Of a DNA stretch of 64,000 bases, positions 1 to 15,307 are shown in pieces (position 1 is the first letter of the stretch; every line of letters starts with the position of its first letter). The stretch is from Chrysomallon squamiferum (lineage: Eukaryota; Animalia; Mollusca): assembly GCA_012295275.1 (NCBI GenBank), contig CM022672.1, positions 22,258,001-22,322,000 on the forward strand. The letters run 5' to 3'. The translations under genes were made by a program, and so were the position numbers. A model generated the notes under the pieces. The model saw only the letters and a program-made list of their open reading frames with translations, did not search any database and was not told the DNA's origin.

Positions 1-556
1 AGTACATTGTTGTTGTTGTGCATCTTAGCTATTATTGCTGTTGTTAATTTAATTTTCATGAAGATACATTAAATTTAAACACATCTGACATTAAGAGATG
101 AATATATACGTCTAGCATCTAGGTCTTTAAACTGAAAAATTCGAAATTTTAAAAATTATTTTTGTTCCAGTATTAAAACATCGGAACCAGCATTAGCGAA
201 AAAACAAAGCACTGTATGCACGTTCAAACATTTGTCCGTGCTCCGGCTGTATCGGAATGCACGTGCACGGCATGCACGGCATGCACAGACACGAGACGTT
301 CACGTTCTGACCGGGTAAAGCCGAGAAGCCGCGCGAGACAAACGAGTTAATTGTTTTACGCAAGACATACGACATTAATGGCATCAATGGTGCAATTTCA
401 TTTCAATTACCAACCAAGTACTGCATATCGATTACGTGTCAGTCATCCTTTTCCTTGAGCAGGTCGAATTTCTTGTTGCTCTTGATAACACAACCGTTTT
501 GGCCCAGTGCAGGGATGATTATAGGCTTCGGACAACAACATGTCAAGTGGATACCA

Positions 557-1400
557 GATGCTGAAATAACGGTTTACCAAAAGATGAAGTAACGGTTTAC
601 CAAAAGATGAAATAACGGTTTACCAGATGATGAAATAACGGTTTAGTAAATGATGAAATAACAGTTTACCATATGCTGAAATAACGGTTTACCAAAACAC
701 GAAATAACGGTTTATCAGATATTGAAATAACGGTTTATCAAATTGAAATAACGGTTTAGCAAATGCTGAAATAAAGGATTGGTCTTTATTGAAATAATGA
801 TATATTAAATATGGAATAAAACTGTTTGTTATAGTTGAAATCACTTGATACTGAATAATCGTTTACAAATTTCAGTTTATTATAAATCACAATTACGAAA
901 TGTTAAATATTGAAATAATGATTTGGAAGATGTTGAAATAACGGTTTACCAAACTGAAATAATGATTTTTAGATACTGAAATAATGGTTTACCATAAGAT
1001 TTCCGAATACTGAAATGTTACTTTAGTCAATGATGAAATATAAAACTGCTATATGCTGAAATAACTTCCAGAAAATGATGAATATAACAGGTTTAATTTT
1101 TGCTTAAACGAAGGATGTCTAAATACTGAAATATCTGTTTGCTAGCGTCTGAAGTAACGTTTTATTAAACAGTAAAAAAAAACATTTAACAAACACAGAA
1201 ATACAGATTTTACTAAATAACTGAAATCACTACTGAAATCACTTTTTATTAAAAAAAAAAAAAAAAACCTGAAGCCACTCTTACAAAATAATGAAATCAC
1301 TATTTGTGAAATACTGAAATCACTCTTACAAAAAAATTTAAATCACTGTTTGAAATAACTATTTACTAATCGAATATCGTTTTACTGTTATTAAAAAAAT
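557..1400. repeat. ~23-bp minisatellite, consensus GAAATAACGGTTTACCAAANGAT, decaying rightwards
   Basis: Repeated tgaaataacggtttac units are directly visible. Confidence 0.9.
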
Positions 1401-2853
1401 GTATTTTCTTTAAAAATATCGTCTTCGTTTTCTCTGTTCTTAGTGGAATGCATCCTTCCTGTCAGTTACGGAAATATATTTACCAAAAATAGAAACAGCA
1501 ATTTACCGATGCAGACGTAACCGCTTTCGCGTACCAAGTGCGCTAATGAAAACATCGATAGAGAATTGGCAGTTGAAGATTCTAATACAAAGGTTTATTA
1601 GCTAATGAAATAATATTTTAATGGATAAAGAAAAATTAATAGTTTTCACAGATGCTAAAATTGATTTGGAGTATCTCAGCTTTTCAACAGAAGATTTTTT
1701 ATTATTTTTAATTTTATTTTAAATTTATTTTAGTCTTTATTTTTATTTTTTTTTTTTTTTTTTTTTTTTTTTTCTGTTCCTGGTAAAAGTATTGGATTGA
1801 GAGATGATTGGCCTCATTTTCAATTTTGATCCATGTGCCTATTCTGTTATTTATCCCGTTCAACCCAGTAACTGGCTTGTTAAAATCCGTGTTTTGTGTT
1901 TTCCGTTTCATAAGAAAATGGATATAAAAGATACGTTACCACTCGATGATGATAGCTGTCTACACAGCAAATGGTTTCGCTCATATGTCATTATTATAAA
2001 TATAAATTATATTTTTTATTTCATTAATTTTTTTTTTTTTTTAGAAAGTATTAAATGTTTCTTTTTATTTCATTTAACTGAGAATTAATTTTTTATTATT
2101 ATTATTTTTTTTTTTTTTTTTAGGGTTGAAAAATTGATAATCGCACGAATGAACGAAAGAACGAAACATTAACAAACGGACGAACGAATGAATAAATAAA
2201 CGAATGAATGAATGGAAGAACGAATCAACGAATGACCCATCTTTAATTATTAAATTATTTATATTCAGTCACATTTTCGGCTTAGTTGTGAAATTTCACG
2301 TTAGAAAACTGTAGTCGACACGTCATCAGTCTTCTCTGCTAATCTGAAACAGCGGACTCTTTTAACGACATAAAAATTATTTTCACTATTTCCATTAAAT
2401 TGTCTAAAGTACTGTTATTCATTCTCCAGGTAAAAAGAAAAGACAGCACTTTTTTTTTCATTTTTTTTTTTTTAAACTTTTCTGAAGCCTCTATAAAATA
2501 ATGATCTCTCATATCGCACGATTCTTATATGCAGCCAATGACATAACAAAGTACGACGAACGCAAATTTATTCAGCGTTAAAGCGACCTTGTTCTTGTTG
2601 ATAAAAACTAAGTTATGTCAGCATCCGGAATGAGAGGCCGGTCAGCAAGGATATTAGAGTTTGCGGAATTCATTACACGTGAGTATAAATGGTTTCCGAT
2701 CGAGCCGGCCACGACGTTTTCAAAGAGCAGATTTATTGCCTTAAATATCCCGGCATTTGCATACATATGAGCCGCGTGTAGGCTTTGTCATGCGATGTAT
2801 CATTTTATACCGGTAGTAGAGAATGTTAAATTTCGTTTTCTCTTCCTCTTTTT

Positions 2854-2856
<3 letters not shown>

Positions 2857-2905
<49 letters not shown>

Positions 2906-3048
2906 GTCTCTCTCTCTCTGTCTGTCTCTCTCTCTCTCGGTCTGTCTCTCTCTGTCTCTCTCTGTCTGTCTCTGTCTCTCTCTCTCGGTCTGTCTCTTTC
3001 TCTCTGTCTGCCTTTCTCTCTCGGTCTGTCTCTGTCTCTCTCGGTCTG

Positions 3049-3090
<42 letters not shown>

Positions 3091-3136
3091 GCAGAAGCAT
3101 ACATACATATATCTATGCATAGAAACACACACACAT

Positions 3137-3175
<39 letters not shown>
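2857..3175. repeat. Compound (CT)n/(CTGT)n plus (CA)n microsatellite
   Basis: Direct inspection. Confidence 0.95.
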
Positions 3176-3176
<1 letters not shown>

Positions 3177-4338
3177 CTATACACAAACACACAAATCCTC
3201 CAGTATATCGTATTCTTCGTTTTCTTTTTTTTTCTCTCTCTCTCGCTCTTAACTTTCTTTCGATATTTTCTCTCTTTCTCTTTTCCTTTCTTTTTATCTC
3301 ACCGCATCTTTTCTCTTTATTTCTTGAACAACACATGTTACCAACGTACGTGACTGCGTATTTCAAGCTTTTCCAGGCTTTCTCTGTTTACATTCATCAT
3401 CAGTATATTGACATACAAACAAAAAGAGCAGATTACTTCTAAGAAAAATAATAGCCTGTATCAATAAACTTTAGACCTTGTGTGGATAACACGATTGACT
3501 GTTGCAGGACATGTGTCTGCATTTAATATAAAAACCTGTCGATTTTCAGATAATGAACATGAATCTGAAAACAGAGAATCCAAAACAGAGACCAAACGGC
3601 GAGAAAGAAACAAAAAGTTTAAAAATATATTTAAAAATAATAATAATAATAATAAAAAAAAACGAAAAAATAAAAATAAAATTCAAATTAAAAACAAAAT
3701 ATTTGCATATAAATCTCTTATAACAATGAGAATATAACATTTTATAATTTACATCATTCAGTTAAAGTTTGTAAACCTTGAAGCGTTAACAAAAATCGCA
3801 AGTTTGAACCTTCAACGTGAAATAAGAGGTACAAAAACACCCTTCATATATTGACAACATAACTAACTTACATACAAATATAATTATGACTTGTTACATT
3901 GATTCGGTAATATTTAATAACTCGTGTTATTTTAATCAGACATTTCTGACGCTGAAAAACTAACATCAAACCGCTTGTTCCACCTTGTAACGTCTGAACG
4001 ATACTGCGTAACGTAAAACAGAAATTCGAATCACGTTGACACGCTGTTCATTTTTGGTTTGTGTCGTTCTCAACAGTCTAATATAACCGATGTGTTGATG
4101 AATGGGACAATCTGAGTCTGCTAAACTTTTTTTTTCAGTTTCACAGAAGAGCTATAAGAGGTTTAGATGGTCAGGAAATGTCATAAACTAAGGTGACGTT
4201 AATTCTGTATTTTGAGTTCTCGTGATATAAAGTTTAATTCCAAAATATTTTGCTGCATATCGTTGTTGTTTGCAAGAAAAACTGTTGACTGGTTCATTTA
4301 TTTATTTAGTGTGTTCACGTGCAAATTCAGATTTTTTT

Positions 4339-4374
<36 letters not shown>

Positions 4375-5431
4375 GGGCGTTTTGGGGGTTGGTGGAGAGT
4401 TCTTTTCTTTTTTTTTTTTTCTTTTTTTTTCATTTTTTTTTTTCATCTATTTATTATTTTTTTTTTTTTTTTTTTTTTATCGAAAGTCTTTTTTACTGCT
4501 CTTATTTGTCAGTTTGATAATTCCAATAATTTTATGTTGTTGCTGCTATGTTTTTAATTACTTTTTCTTCATATTCCGATGTTTGCTTTATTCATTCAAA
4601 GATTTTATTTACTGATTTATATTTTTGGGGCTTTTCACGGGTTACCATCATTTTTTCTTACAAGATTTCTGGTTTTTGTTCTTCTTTTTCAGGTTTGTGT
4701 GTACTAGATTTTTTTTAGAGATGAGTTATTTTAAAGTTACCTTTTTATTATTACCGTTGTTGTTGTTTTTTCATCTTCGACATTGTTGGATTATTGTTTC
4801 TGATGATGCTGATGATGATGATGATAATGATTATTATGAGGGTGGGATGGGTGGTGGAACTGGTGTTGATGATGCTGTTGATACTTTGACAAGTTTTGAT
4901 ATCTACTGTTAATTACCCATCATTATTTTTATCTGCTTTACAATATCGAAACAAAGTATTCCAACCATCAAACGTAAATCGTGTATCAGTCGACTGATAC
5001 CCAGTATGAAAGTGTAACATTTAAAGTTAATTAAGTGAATTTGCACGTCTGCTTACTTCCCTTCTTGTCATTCATATATTCATACGGCAATTGCCGAGTG
5101 AAAAGGGCAGTTGGTTTATTCGGTATCGGGTGAAGGCAAAACCAAATTATGACCAATAACTTAATATTAAATAATATCCATTGATCGAGCACTATGTGAG
5201 TAATATGCGACAGATTATCACGCCAAATAATTCACTTTTGATAATTTGATAAAAATGGTTCTTGCAACTGATCATAAAGCAGACGTTGGACAGTTTCCAT
5301 GACTATTTTATTTTTCGTCATTTTTCGGTTTTTTTTTTTCTTTCTTTGTTATTGTTTGTTTTGTTGTTGTTTTTGGGGGGGTTCTTTGTTATTGTGTGTT
5401 TTTTTAATTTTTTTTTTTGTTGTTGTTTTTA

Positions 5432-5470
<39 letters not shown>

Positions 5471-6389
5471 TTTTTTATTATTATTGGGCTTTTTTCTTTC
5501 AACTGTTATTGTTAGAACTGGATTTAGATATAACGTAAACAAGCTACAATAAATTTAGGGCCTTATAATCCGTAGGAACCTCAATAAATGAAAACAACAA
5601 GAAATTTAGTTTAAATATTTGTCAAATAAAGCAATTTTACAAGGATTCCAAATTTTATATATCTTGGGACCTCAAAAAGTCCAATTCCGGTACTTGATTT
5701 TTTTAAACACTATAATCATTTGGTCAGTTTGTGAGCTCATTCTTTAAATAAGGAAAATTTATTTTTCCAGGTATAACTTCTAACTATAAATCCTTCAGAC
5801 AGAACCAGTGAAATTTTAATCTTTCTACTGAAGCACTTCATTTTCTTACACTGCTCATTTTATGTTAGTCTGCGCATGATGCAACGAAAGTACACGAAAC
5901 ACACCGACAATTCCCGAACGCATCTCGTCTTTCCGTTTCACTGCTTTTCGTTGCTATTACGTTTTCATTACTTTCCAAACGCGTTAAGCCGATGACATAT
6001 TAATTATCCAGCTCTGCTAACAACAAACAATAAAACGCTATCGCATTTACTGTAACTATTTAAGACGGGCAACAACTGGAAATAAAGCCTCTCATTCCGT
6101 CAAATGAACTGCATTGTTCGGAAAAGAGCGAAAGGCGGCGGAAATAGGTAGGCCGGTATACTGATCGAAGTGAAATTCGATTTTCCCGTCCACGGGATGG
6201 CAATTAGGCTGGTGGTAAGTGTGCCTGCAGAAACAAACAGAGTGACACAAGTCTTAACGCGTTGTTAGTTAGCGGCGTTAGCGTTGCCATAATTGTACGT
6301 GCGTGTGGGTGAAATTTCAGAATGCTTCCTTCCCATGGAGAGCGGCGGCTGTGTCATTATTTCGTGAACTCGAGTGGTTTTTGCTGTTA

Positions 6390-6446
6390 ATATTGTTATT
6401 GTTATTATTATTGTTATTATTATTACTATTATTATTATTATCATTA

Positions 6447-6525
<79 letters not shown>

Positions 6526-6544
6526 TTATCATTATCATTTATTA

Positions 6545-6602
<58 letters not shown>

Positions 6603-6609
6603 CATTATC

Positions 6610-6682
<73 letters not shown>
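6390..6682. repeat. (ATT)n microsatellite
   Basis: Direct inspection. Confidence 0.95.
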
Positions 6683-7079
6683 TTAGGCCCAATTATTCGT
6701 TAGTTATTGGGCAATGTAATAGGAGAGAGATTAATTTTATACATATATATATATATATATATAATTTTGTAATAGTCTTATCTGTTTTGTTTCTTCGCTT
6801 AAATTTATTTATTTATTTACTTACTTACCTATTTCTTTACCTTTTAACTTATTTAGTTACTCGCTTGTTTGTTTGTTTCTTTGTTTGTTTCAAATTATAA
6901 AAGGTATTTTTGTCTACTATGTTATGGTTATGCATTTTTTAATGTTGTTGTTGTTGTTGTTTAATCGCGGCAGTAACAGGTTTTATTTTGTACTGTTTTC
7001 TGTGTCTATATGTTTCATCTAACATGCCTTAAATACTGTTATGTGTGTCTATATGTTTCTATTTAACGTGTCTATAGTA

Positions 7080-7098
7080 TCTATCTATATATATATAT

Positions 7099-7135
<37 letters not shown>

Positions 7136-7144
7136 GTATGCATG

Positions 7145-7202
<58 letters not shown>

Positions 7203-7355
7203 CATACATATAGACAGATAGAGAGATAGATAGATAGACAGATAGAAACATATATAGATACATACATACATACACATATACATACACACATACATACACA
7301 CAGACACACACACACACATATATGTATACACACACAAACACACACACACATACAT
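7080..7355. repeat. Compound (TAGA)/(TA)/(CATA)/(CA) microsatellite
   Basis: Direct inspection. Confidence 0.9.
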
Positions 7356-8112
7356 CAAGATAACTGGAAAAAAAACGCAGTAAAACTTAAGTATAAAGAG
7401 TTAGTGATCTGGAGAATTCTAAAGACTAACGTCATTACATGTTTCCCCCCTTTCTTAGAGCAGGAAGCTATTCTGCTGAGACACAAAGAGGGAACAAGCG
7501 AAAGCGAGTTTGCAGACTGAATTAAATATCTCTTTATTTAACAGTAATTATAACTAGTGACAAACACAAACAAACAAACAAACAAACAAACAAACAAGTA
7601 AATAAACTTTTCAAATTCCTCATACTCCAGTAGTCAAAAAGTGATTTGTTTTTTTTTTTTTTTTTTTTTCTGAAACCTTCCATTGCGTTCTTATTCGCTG
7701 GTACGGAAAATTATCCTCCCATTACTAATAACAGTAATTTTATTAGTTGTGACAATTCCCAAACCTTAGTGGTACGCCAAACAGACCATCTGCACGATAA
7801 CCTCAACCCGATAGCTGACACATTGCAACAGTGGATCAACAACAGCAAGAGACAAATCAATTTTATTTCTATTCGTTTGCCGGCACGCCAGTAACCAGAT
7901 TAGCGAGCCGGGTTTGCTAGATAGCTTTGTCATGTCGCAAAGTAACTAAACAGATTAGCTGCCTCTGGGCAAGCAGTGTTGTACAATACAGGGGTATCGC
8001 TTTACTGGCGCGGCGTTCCTTCGCACGATAGATTAGCTCAATTGGTTTTTAAATATGTTTACGTTTCTTTTGATACGCTGTTCGGAATCTCGCTCTTTCT
8101 TTCTCGTTCACT

Positions 8113-8114
<2 letters not shown>

Positions 8115-8206
<92 letters not shown>

Positions 8207-8433
8207 CTCTTTGCTATCTATATTTATAATCAAATATATTTTTCTTGATCTTTCGTGTTATTTTTTCTATTTATTCTCTATCTTCTCTCTTTCTTCTTTC
8301 TTTGTCTCTACCTCTTCTTTCTCTTTCTTGCCCTTTTTCTGTTTTTTCTGCATTTATTCCCTCCCTCTCCTCTTCTTTTTTTTAGTTATTCTCTTCTCCC
8401 TCTCTCTCTTCTTTTTTTCTCTCTCTTTCTTTT

Positions 8434-8518
<85 letters not shown>
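8115..8518. repeat. (CT)n tracts flanking a pyrimidine-rich stretch
   Basis: Direct inspection. Confidence 0.9.
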
Positions 8519-8523
<5 letters not shown>

Positions 8524-11171
8524 GTCATTTATCAACGTATTTTTCGTGCTGGGGTGTCGTTAAACATTCGTTCATTCATGTATCAATAAACAGGATTTCA
8601 GAGCGTATGTTTTAAGAAACTTAAGAATTTTAAGAAACTTATAGTGGATGGATCTAGAAAAATATTTTACTTAATTTAATCTTACAACTAATGTATACAA
8701 AAATATTTAGTTTACTGAAACTTTCTATATTAATTCCTATTTTCCAAAAATTCTGAATAAAAAAAAAGTATTAACCGTTATAATTTCAAAATGATATGAC
8801 GTTTACTACAAGTAATGTAAATATTTGTTGTCGCTCTTCGACATAAAGGTTCCTATTAATATTCGATAAATGTTGTATAGATCGTAGATAGATAATGTTT
8901 TAATTGTTTTTATTTATTTATTTATTTATTTATTTATTTCGGTTATAACATAATTTCTCAATATGCGGCATAGTTCAAATATATTTAATCTTTTTTTTTG
9001 TTATTATTATCATTATTATTATTATTATAGATATGACATAATGGCGTTTACTAGAAGAAGGACAAAATAATAATAATTTATTTTTACCGTTACCTTCCTC
9101 AATCGTTATCAAAGTGTGTTGGTTGGTGGCTAGTACTTCTAGAGACAACTTCAAGACTCAGAAAAAAAGAAAACTGTTATAACGTGACAAACTGTGACAG
9201 AAGGTTTCAGACATTACGGTGAAACAAAGGCAATGAAGCTGTTGGGGAGCAGTTATTACGATGTCTCGTACGGAGATAACAAAGTAGACGAAAAGCAATT
9301 ACTTTGCAAATTCAATTAGTCAGTAAGCTAAGAATATTCACGAATTTTTTTGTCAGTTTCGCAACTTCTCCCCCGCATAGAAGCATTACAATCAAACTCA
9401 TTGTTTTAAAAAAAAAAAAAAAAAAACTGCGTCCGTTTCTATTATTGTCGAATTTTTGTTTTTCTTAACATTTCAAGGTCTCGGGTCGCTGATCTTAGTT
9501 ATTTAATAATAACTGGATTGATTCCGCTGTGTTTTTCTTCTTCCATAATTCTATTTATAACCGCGTCTCTGAGATAAAAATTAAGTTGATACGATTGATC
9601 CAAAGAACGAATGAATCTGTTTTACATTAGGAGTTACCCATATGTTATAATTAATACATTTCAAGATGAGTTTAAAAAATATATAAAAAAAATCGCCCTG
9701 ACCCAGCCACTGTCTCTAAGACACATGCACATGTGCACAGACTTAAATACACGTACATACATACATACATACATACATACAGCTCTATATTAGTCAAACT
9801 GTATTTTTAGTCGGAACACTATCTAAACTACGCGTGCACAGAATGCACTACAATCGTACAGATTTGACTACTTTATCACTGTTTTAACGCAAACCTGATA
9901 CATTTTTTGTTTTACGTGTTACAGTCATTGCCGTTTACGTGTTCATCTGCAACGTTTGCCTTGTCGGATGTTGGTTACTGCAGTGTCGTTACGACTTTTT
10001 GTGCCGCGTAACGCCCAGTCATCTTACGCCACACAATATAGTTCGCTGTTCGTAATAATGAATCAAGGTACACGACTCGGATTTTCAGATTAACAGAATT
10101 AGTGTTAATTCATTCGAATGTAGGAATGTTCGTAAGCTGGACTCTCATAATTCGATGAATACATTATTGTATCGCGATTATATATATATATTTTTTTTTT
10201 TTCTGTACAGAATGATAAATATTTTTCAATTACTGTAGATTTTATAATTTATTTTGCTGAAGAAATTATAATGTATTAGTAGCACAGTAACCTTATGACA
10301 AAACAATCTGTAATTTTGACAAATAATTGTTTTCTTCTTTTTATAACACAGTGCATATTTATAAAGAAACTAGTGCTTATTATTATTATTTTTGTCTTCT
10401 TCTTGTTGCTTGATTTACACATTTTGTTATCTTTATTATTATTTTTGGATGATCCTGTATAATTGTTTTTGTTCTCTTTGGGGTTTTGTGTGTGGTGTAT
10501 GTGTCTGTCTGTGTGTCTGTTTGTGTGTGTGTTTATGTGTTTGTGTGTGTGTTTGTGTGCTGTGTGTGTTTTATGTGTGTGTGTGTTTTTGTGTGTGTGT
10601 ATGTGCGTATGTGTGTATGTGTGTATGTATGCATGGTTGTATGTATGTAAGTATATATGTTTGTACGTATATATATGTATGTATGTATGTATGTATATGT
10701 ATTTGTGTGTGTTTTTCACCTTTCAGCTGGTTATCACTTTTTTAAATTCCATCTCACTGTTTTGTCTACGTCTGTGCATTCATTAACTTACTCCACTTTA
10801 TTTTTCATTACCGTCTGTCCACACATTCGTGTCTCTGTCTGTTTTTCTGATTCTTTTTTAACAAAAATTCTGAAACCTTATGAACATGTATTGATCTTCA
10901 TTTTGAAGAGATAAAGTATTTTGTTTTTGCTTACACATGCACAGTATATGACGTCAGAGAAACACAAGAAGTGTTCGTTAAAAAATAATAAAAAAAAACA
11001 AATTTAAAAATCTTTAAAAAATGATTTTTTTTTTTTTTTTTTCTTTTTTCTGTAATTTCCAGAATTCATTGTGTCGTTCACTGACGACGAATCTTTGCAA
11101 AAGAAAAAGAAGCTAGCCAAATTTTATCTTATTTTATACAACCTTATAAGTCAAATACATTGATTACGTTA

Positions 11172-11280
<109 letters not shown>

Positions 11281-11489
11281 GTATATATACACACACACAC
11301 ACACACTGTTATTTATCTGTCTTCCTATGTATCTGTTGCTATCTGTCTCTATATTTTGAAACCATTTGTTTCAAAGAAAGAGAATTTAAAAAAATAAAAA
11401 TGTATTTATACGAGGTGAATACGAATGTTAGATATAAAAATACATTTAATGGATGCATGTACAGATAGCGTATACACATACAAACACGC

Positions 11490-11523
<34 letters not shown>

Positions 11524-12572
11524 AACACATATATATATATACACACACCTGCGCACATATACACATTCATTTTAACATTATTTTCAGTTCTGCGGTTGCT
11601 AGGTATTACACATAATATGCATTATTAATTTAGATTTTCGTCTGACAAACACGAAATGAAAAAAAAAAAAAATATTTGATATCTCTGTATCTGTCTACAT
11701 CCTACCTATACGCGTACGTCTAATGTTTGTCTAATAAATAGCAAATGTCAAAACGAAATAATTTTATAGGAAATCTATTTTTGTATAATGAACTCAGAAT
11801 AATTCTCCGTGTTTGATTTTATGTGAAAATGTAAAAAAGCATAAAATATTTAATTAAAAACGACGTTCGATAGCTTTGCAAAGAAACTGTGTTCACAAAG
11901 TATTTCTTCTTAGGACGGGATAATTAAATATAACTAACATTAATTTATAATACGTTTTTCTTGCAAACGCATAAAACAGATTCTCTGTATCAAAGTTTAG
12001 TGCATCTTAATAGTCCGTCAGATTTTTTTAATGTTTTTAAGTACAGGTAGACAGATACCTGCTTAGAAGCATAATGAAATTTAAAAGCTTCCGTGTGTTT
12101 TAAAGGTCAGTTGTATTAATTTTCTTATTTATTTATATTTATTTTTTGTTTTTTTGTTTTAGTTTTTTTTAGTCATTCTTCATTATTTATTTATTTTTAT
12201 TTATTTATTTTTTTAGTCATTCTTCATTATTAACAAAGACAGCTAGCCAGAAATAAATAATACTAACTTAGAAATACAATAAACAAGAGAGACATAACCA
12301 CAACGATTAATAAACCAGCTACACGCAATGGTCGGAAACGGGAAAAAAAAAAATTCAGTGGAGGTTTTATTGCACTTATAATTATTATAAAAGGATAACC
12401 CCTGGACTGCATTGCAACTGCACATCTATCAAACCCGTGGCAGAGAAACGATGTATGATGCTTTTTCTACCTCTTAGCTTAATGCAGTTTGGTTTTCATC
12501 TGACAAGCAACAGAAATGGATTATAATATAATTAAATTCATTTGGAAGTAATAACAGTTCTACACGAGAAAA

Positions 12573-12659
<87 letters not shown>

Positions 12660-13309
12660 CCCCTCTCTCTCTCCGTCTTTCCTCGATCTTTCTCTCCCTT
12701 TCGCCATTCATCCTCTCTCTCATACATCTATCCTTCATTCTCTCTTTCTTTCTTTCTTTCTTTCACACAGACACACATGTGCAAAAGCGCTCACTCATAA
12801 ATGCCTACCAACTTAAAATGCACTGCTGTCATTCCATTTCCATTGCTTCATTATAAAACTAATTTCAATATCTCTGAACGACATGGAGTAGATTAACCTC
12901 AGACTGATATGGCCTGAGTGTGTACACGAATGATGGTTATTGACTCTAATATGTCAGTCGTGACACCACTTACTTCTTGATATCCTTTTGCATCGATTTC
13001 TTAATAAACTCTACGAAGTGACGTAATTCTTCGTATGCTTCAACGTATGTCATTTTTTTTTTTTTTTTTTTAAATACGTCAGAAATCTTGTTTACACAGC
13101 AGAGCAGTCTGACGGCTAAGACGTTTTGAAACAGCCAGATATTAGTAACTTTACGTGTATTTTTACAGTGTGTTTTGCATGCATGTGTTTGTGTCTGTTT
13201 GTGTAAATGTGTTTTAATGTGTGTGAATGTGTTTTTAGAGTCTGAAAGATAGATGTATGAACATAGTAGACAGACAGTAGACAGACTGAACATATCTGTC
13301 TATATATAT

Positions 13310-13780
<471 letters not shown>

Positions 13781-14064
13781 AGATTAAAAACAATTTAATT
13801 CGGAGACACGCGGTACAACAAAACATTATGAAGAGAAATGCAAGTAATGCTCCCACTTCAGTCTGCTCATTCTTACTATATATAGCATATATAAGTGGCG
13901 CCTGATTAAATAGTCGACTATCTCTCTGAGGTAAACTAATTTCCATGTTTTCCAAAGATCTTTTGATCTCTCGAGCTCCAGGCATCCCGCTATTAATGTC
14001 ACTCTACTGTCATACCAATTCATTTTGCATCAAACTCAGACATCCGAGAACAACAACTGAAAGC

Positions 14065-14205
<141 letters not shown>

Positions 14206-14327
14206 GAAGTAGAGATACATAAATAGTGATAGAAAGGCGACACAGTTTCTAATGAAGTATGTAAATATTGATTTGAAAATTTGTATATGAAAAGTACGTA
14301 TATTTGTTTATGTATGTTTGTATATAT

Positions 14328-14381
<54 letters not shown>

Positions 14382-15119
14382 ATGTGTCTGTGTATAGGAA
14401 TACATGCATGCGTCTCTGTATATGTGCGTAATCCAAAATATCAACATAATAGTCATGGTTACCACAAACTTTATACGTCAAAGCCATTCACAAACGTCCA
14501 GACCTTGACAAGGTTAAATCCAAATCCTCTATAAAACATTAACATCCTTCTCGCTATCGAGGGAATATTTATCGTCCAAAATCACCTTATTCGAGTCAGA
14601 GTGCAAGACTGGGACACCCAGAGGGTCGTGATCGGTCATGATTCTTCATCCCCTGGCTAATGAAATGTTAGTCCAGCCACACAGATTGATTCCTGATCAA
14701 GAAGATGACAGGACGACAAGCTGCAAGTTTCCACGCTTTTTTTCCTGATTCCATCGTTACTAGGCTTTGTGGGCTTTTATAGTACTGCCCAGTACCTATG
14801 ATTCCAATCAAGATGGAACCGTTATGAGGACGCTGCCTTTTTATCTTTCGACCGAATTCCAGAATGTTATGGAATTATGTGATAAGAGTTGTTTCCGAAA
14901 ATAATCATAACGGTTTGATTTAAACAAGTTCTCCCGGTGTTATCCCGATGTACAAAAGTAATAAATATAACTGTGTGAATAAATCGTTTGCACGAATAAA
15001 TACTAAATGTTTGTATGTTTGTTGTTGTTTTCTGTGTATATTTTGACAAACAGACAATACATACATAATATAGAACGAACGTTTAAATCTGTATCTACCG
15101 ATAGACGTAATGTATCGAT

Positions 15120-15307
<188 letters not shown>

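Noticed and set aside
12368-12380. TATTGCACTT resembling miR-92
   Set aside because: The match stops after 10 nt and there is no hairpin.
13895-13910. TGGCGCC primer-binding-site-like motif
   Set aside because: Too short, with no adjacent LTR end or retroelement ORF.
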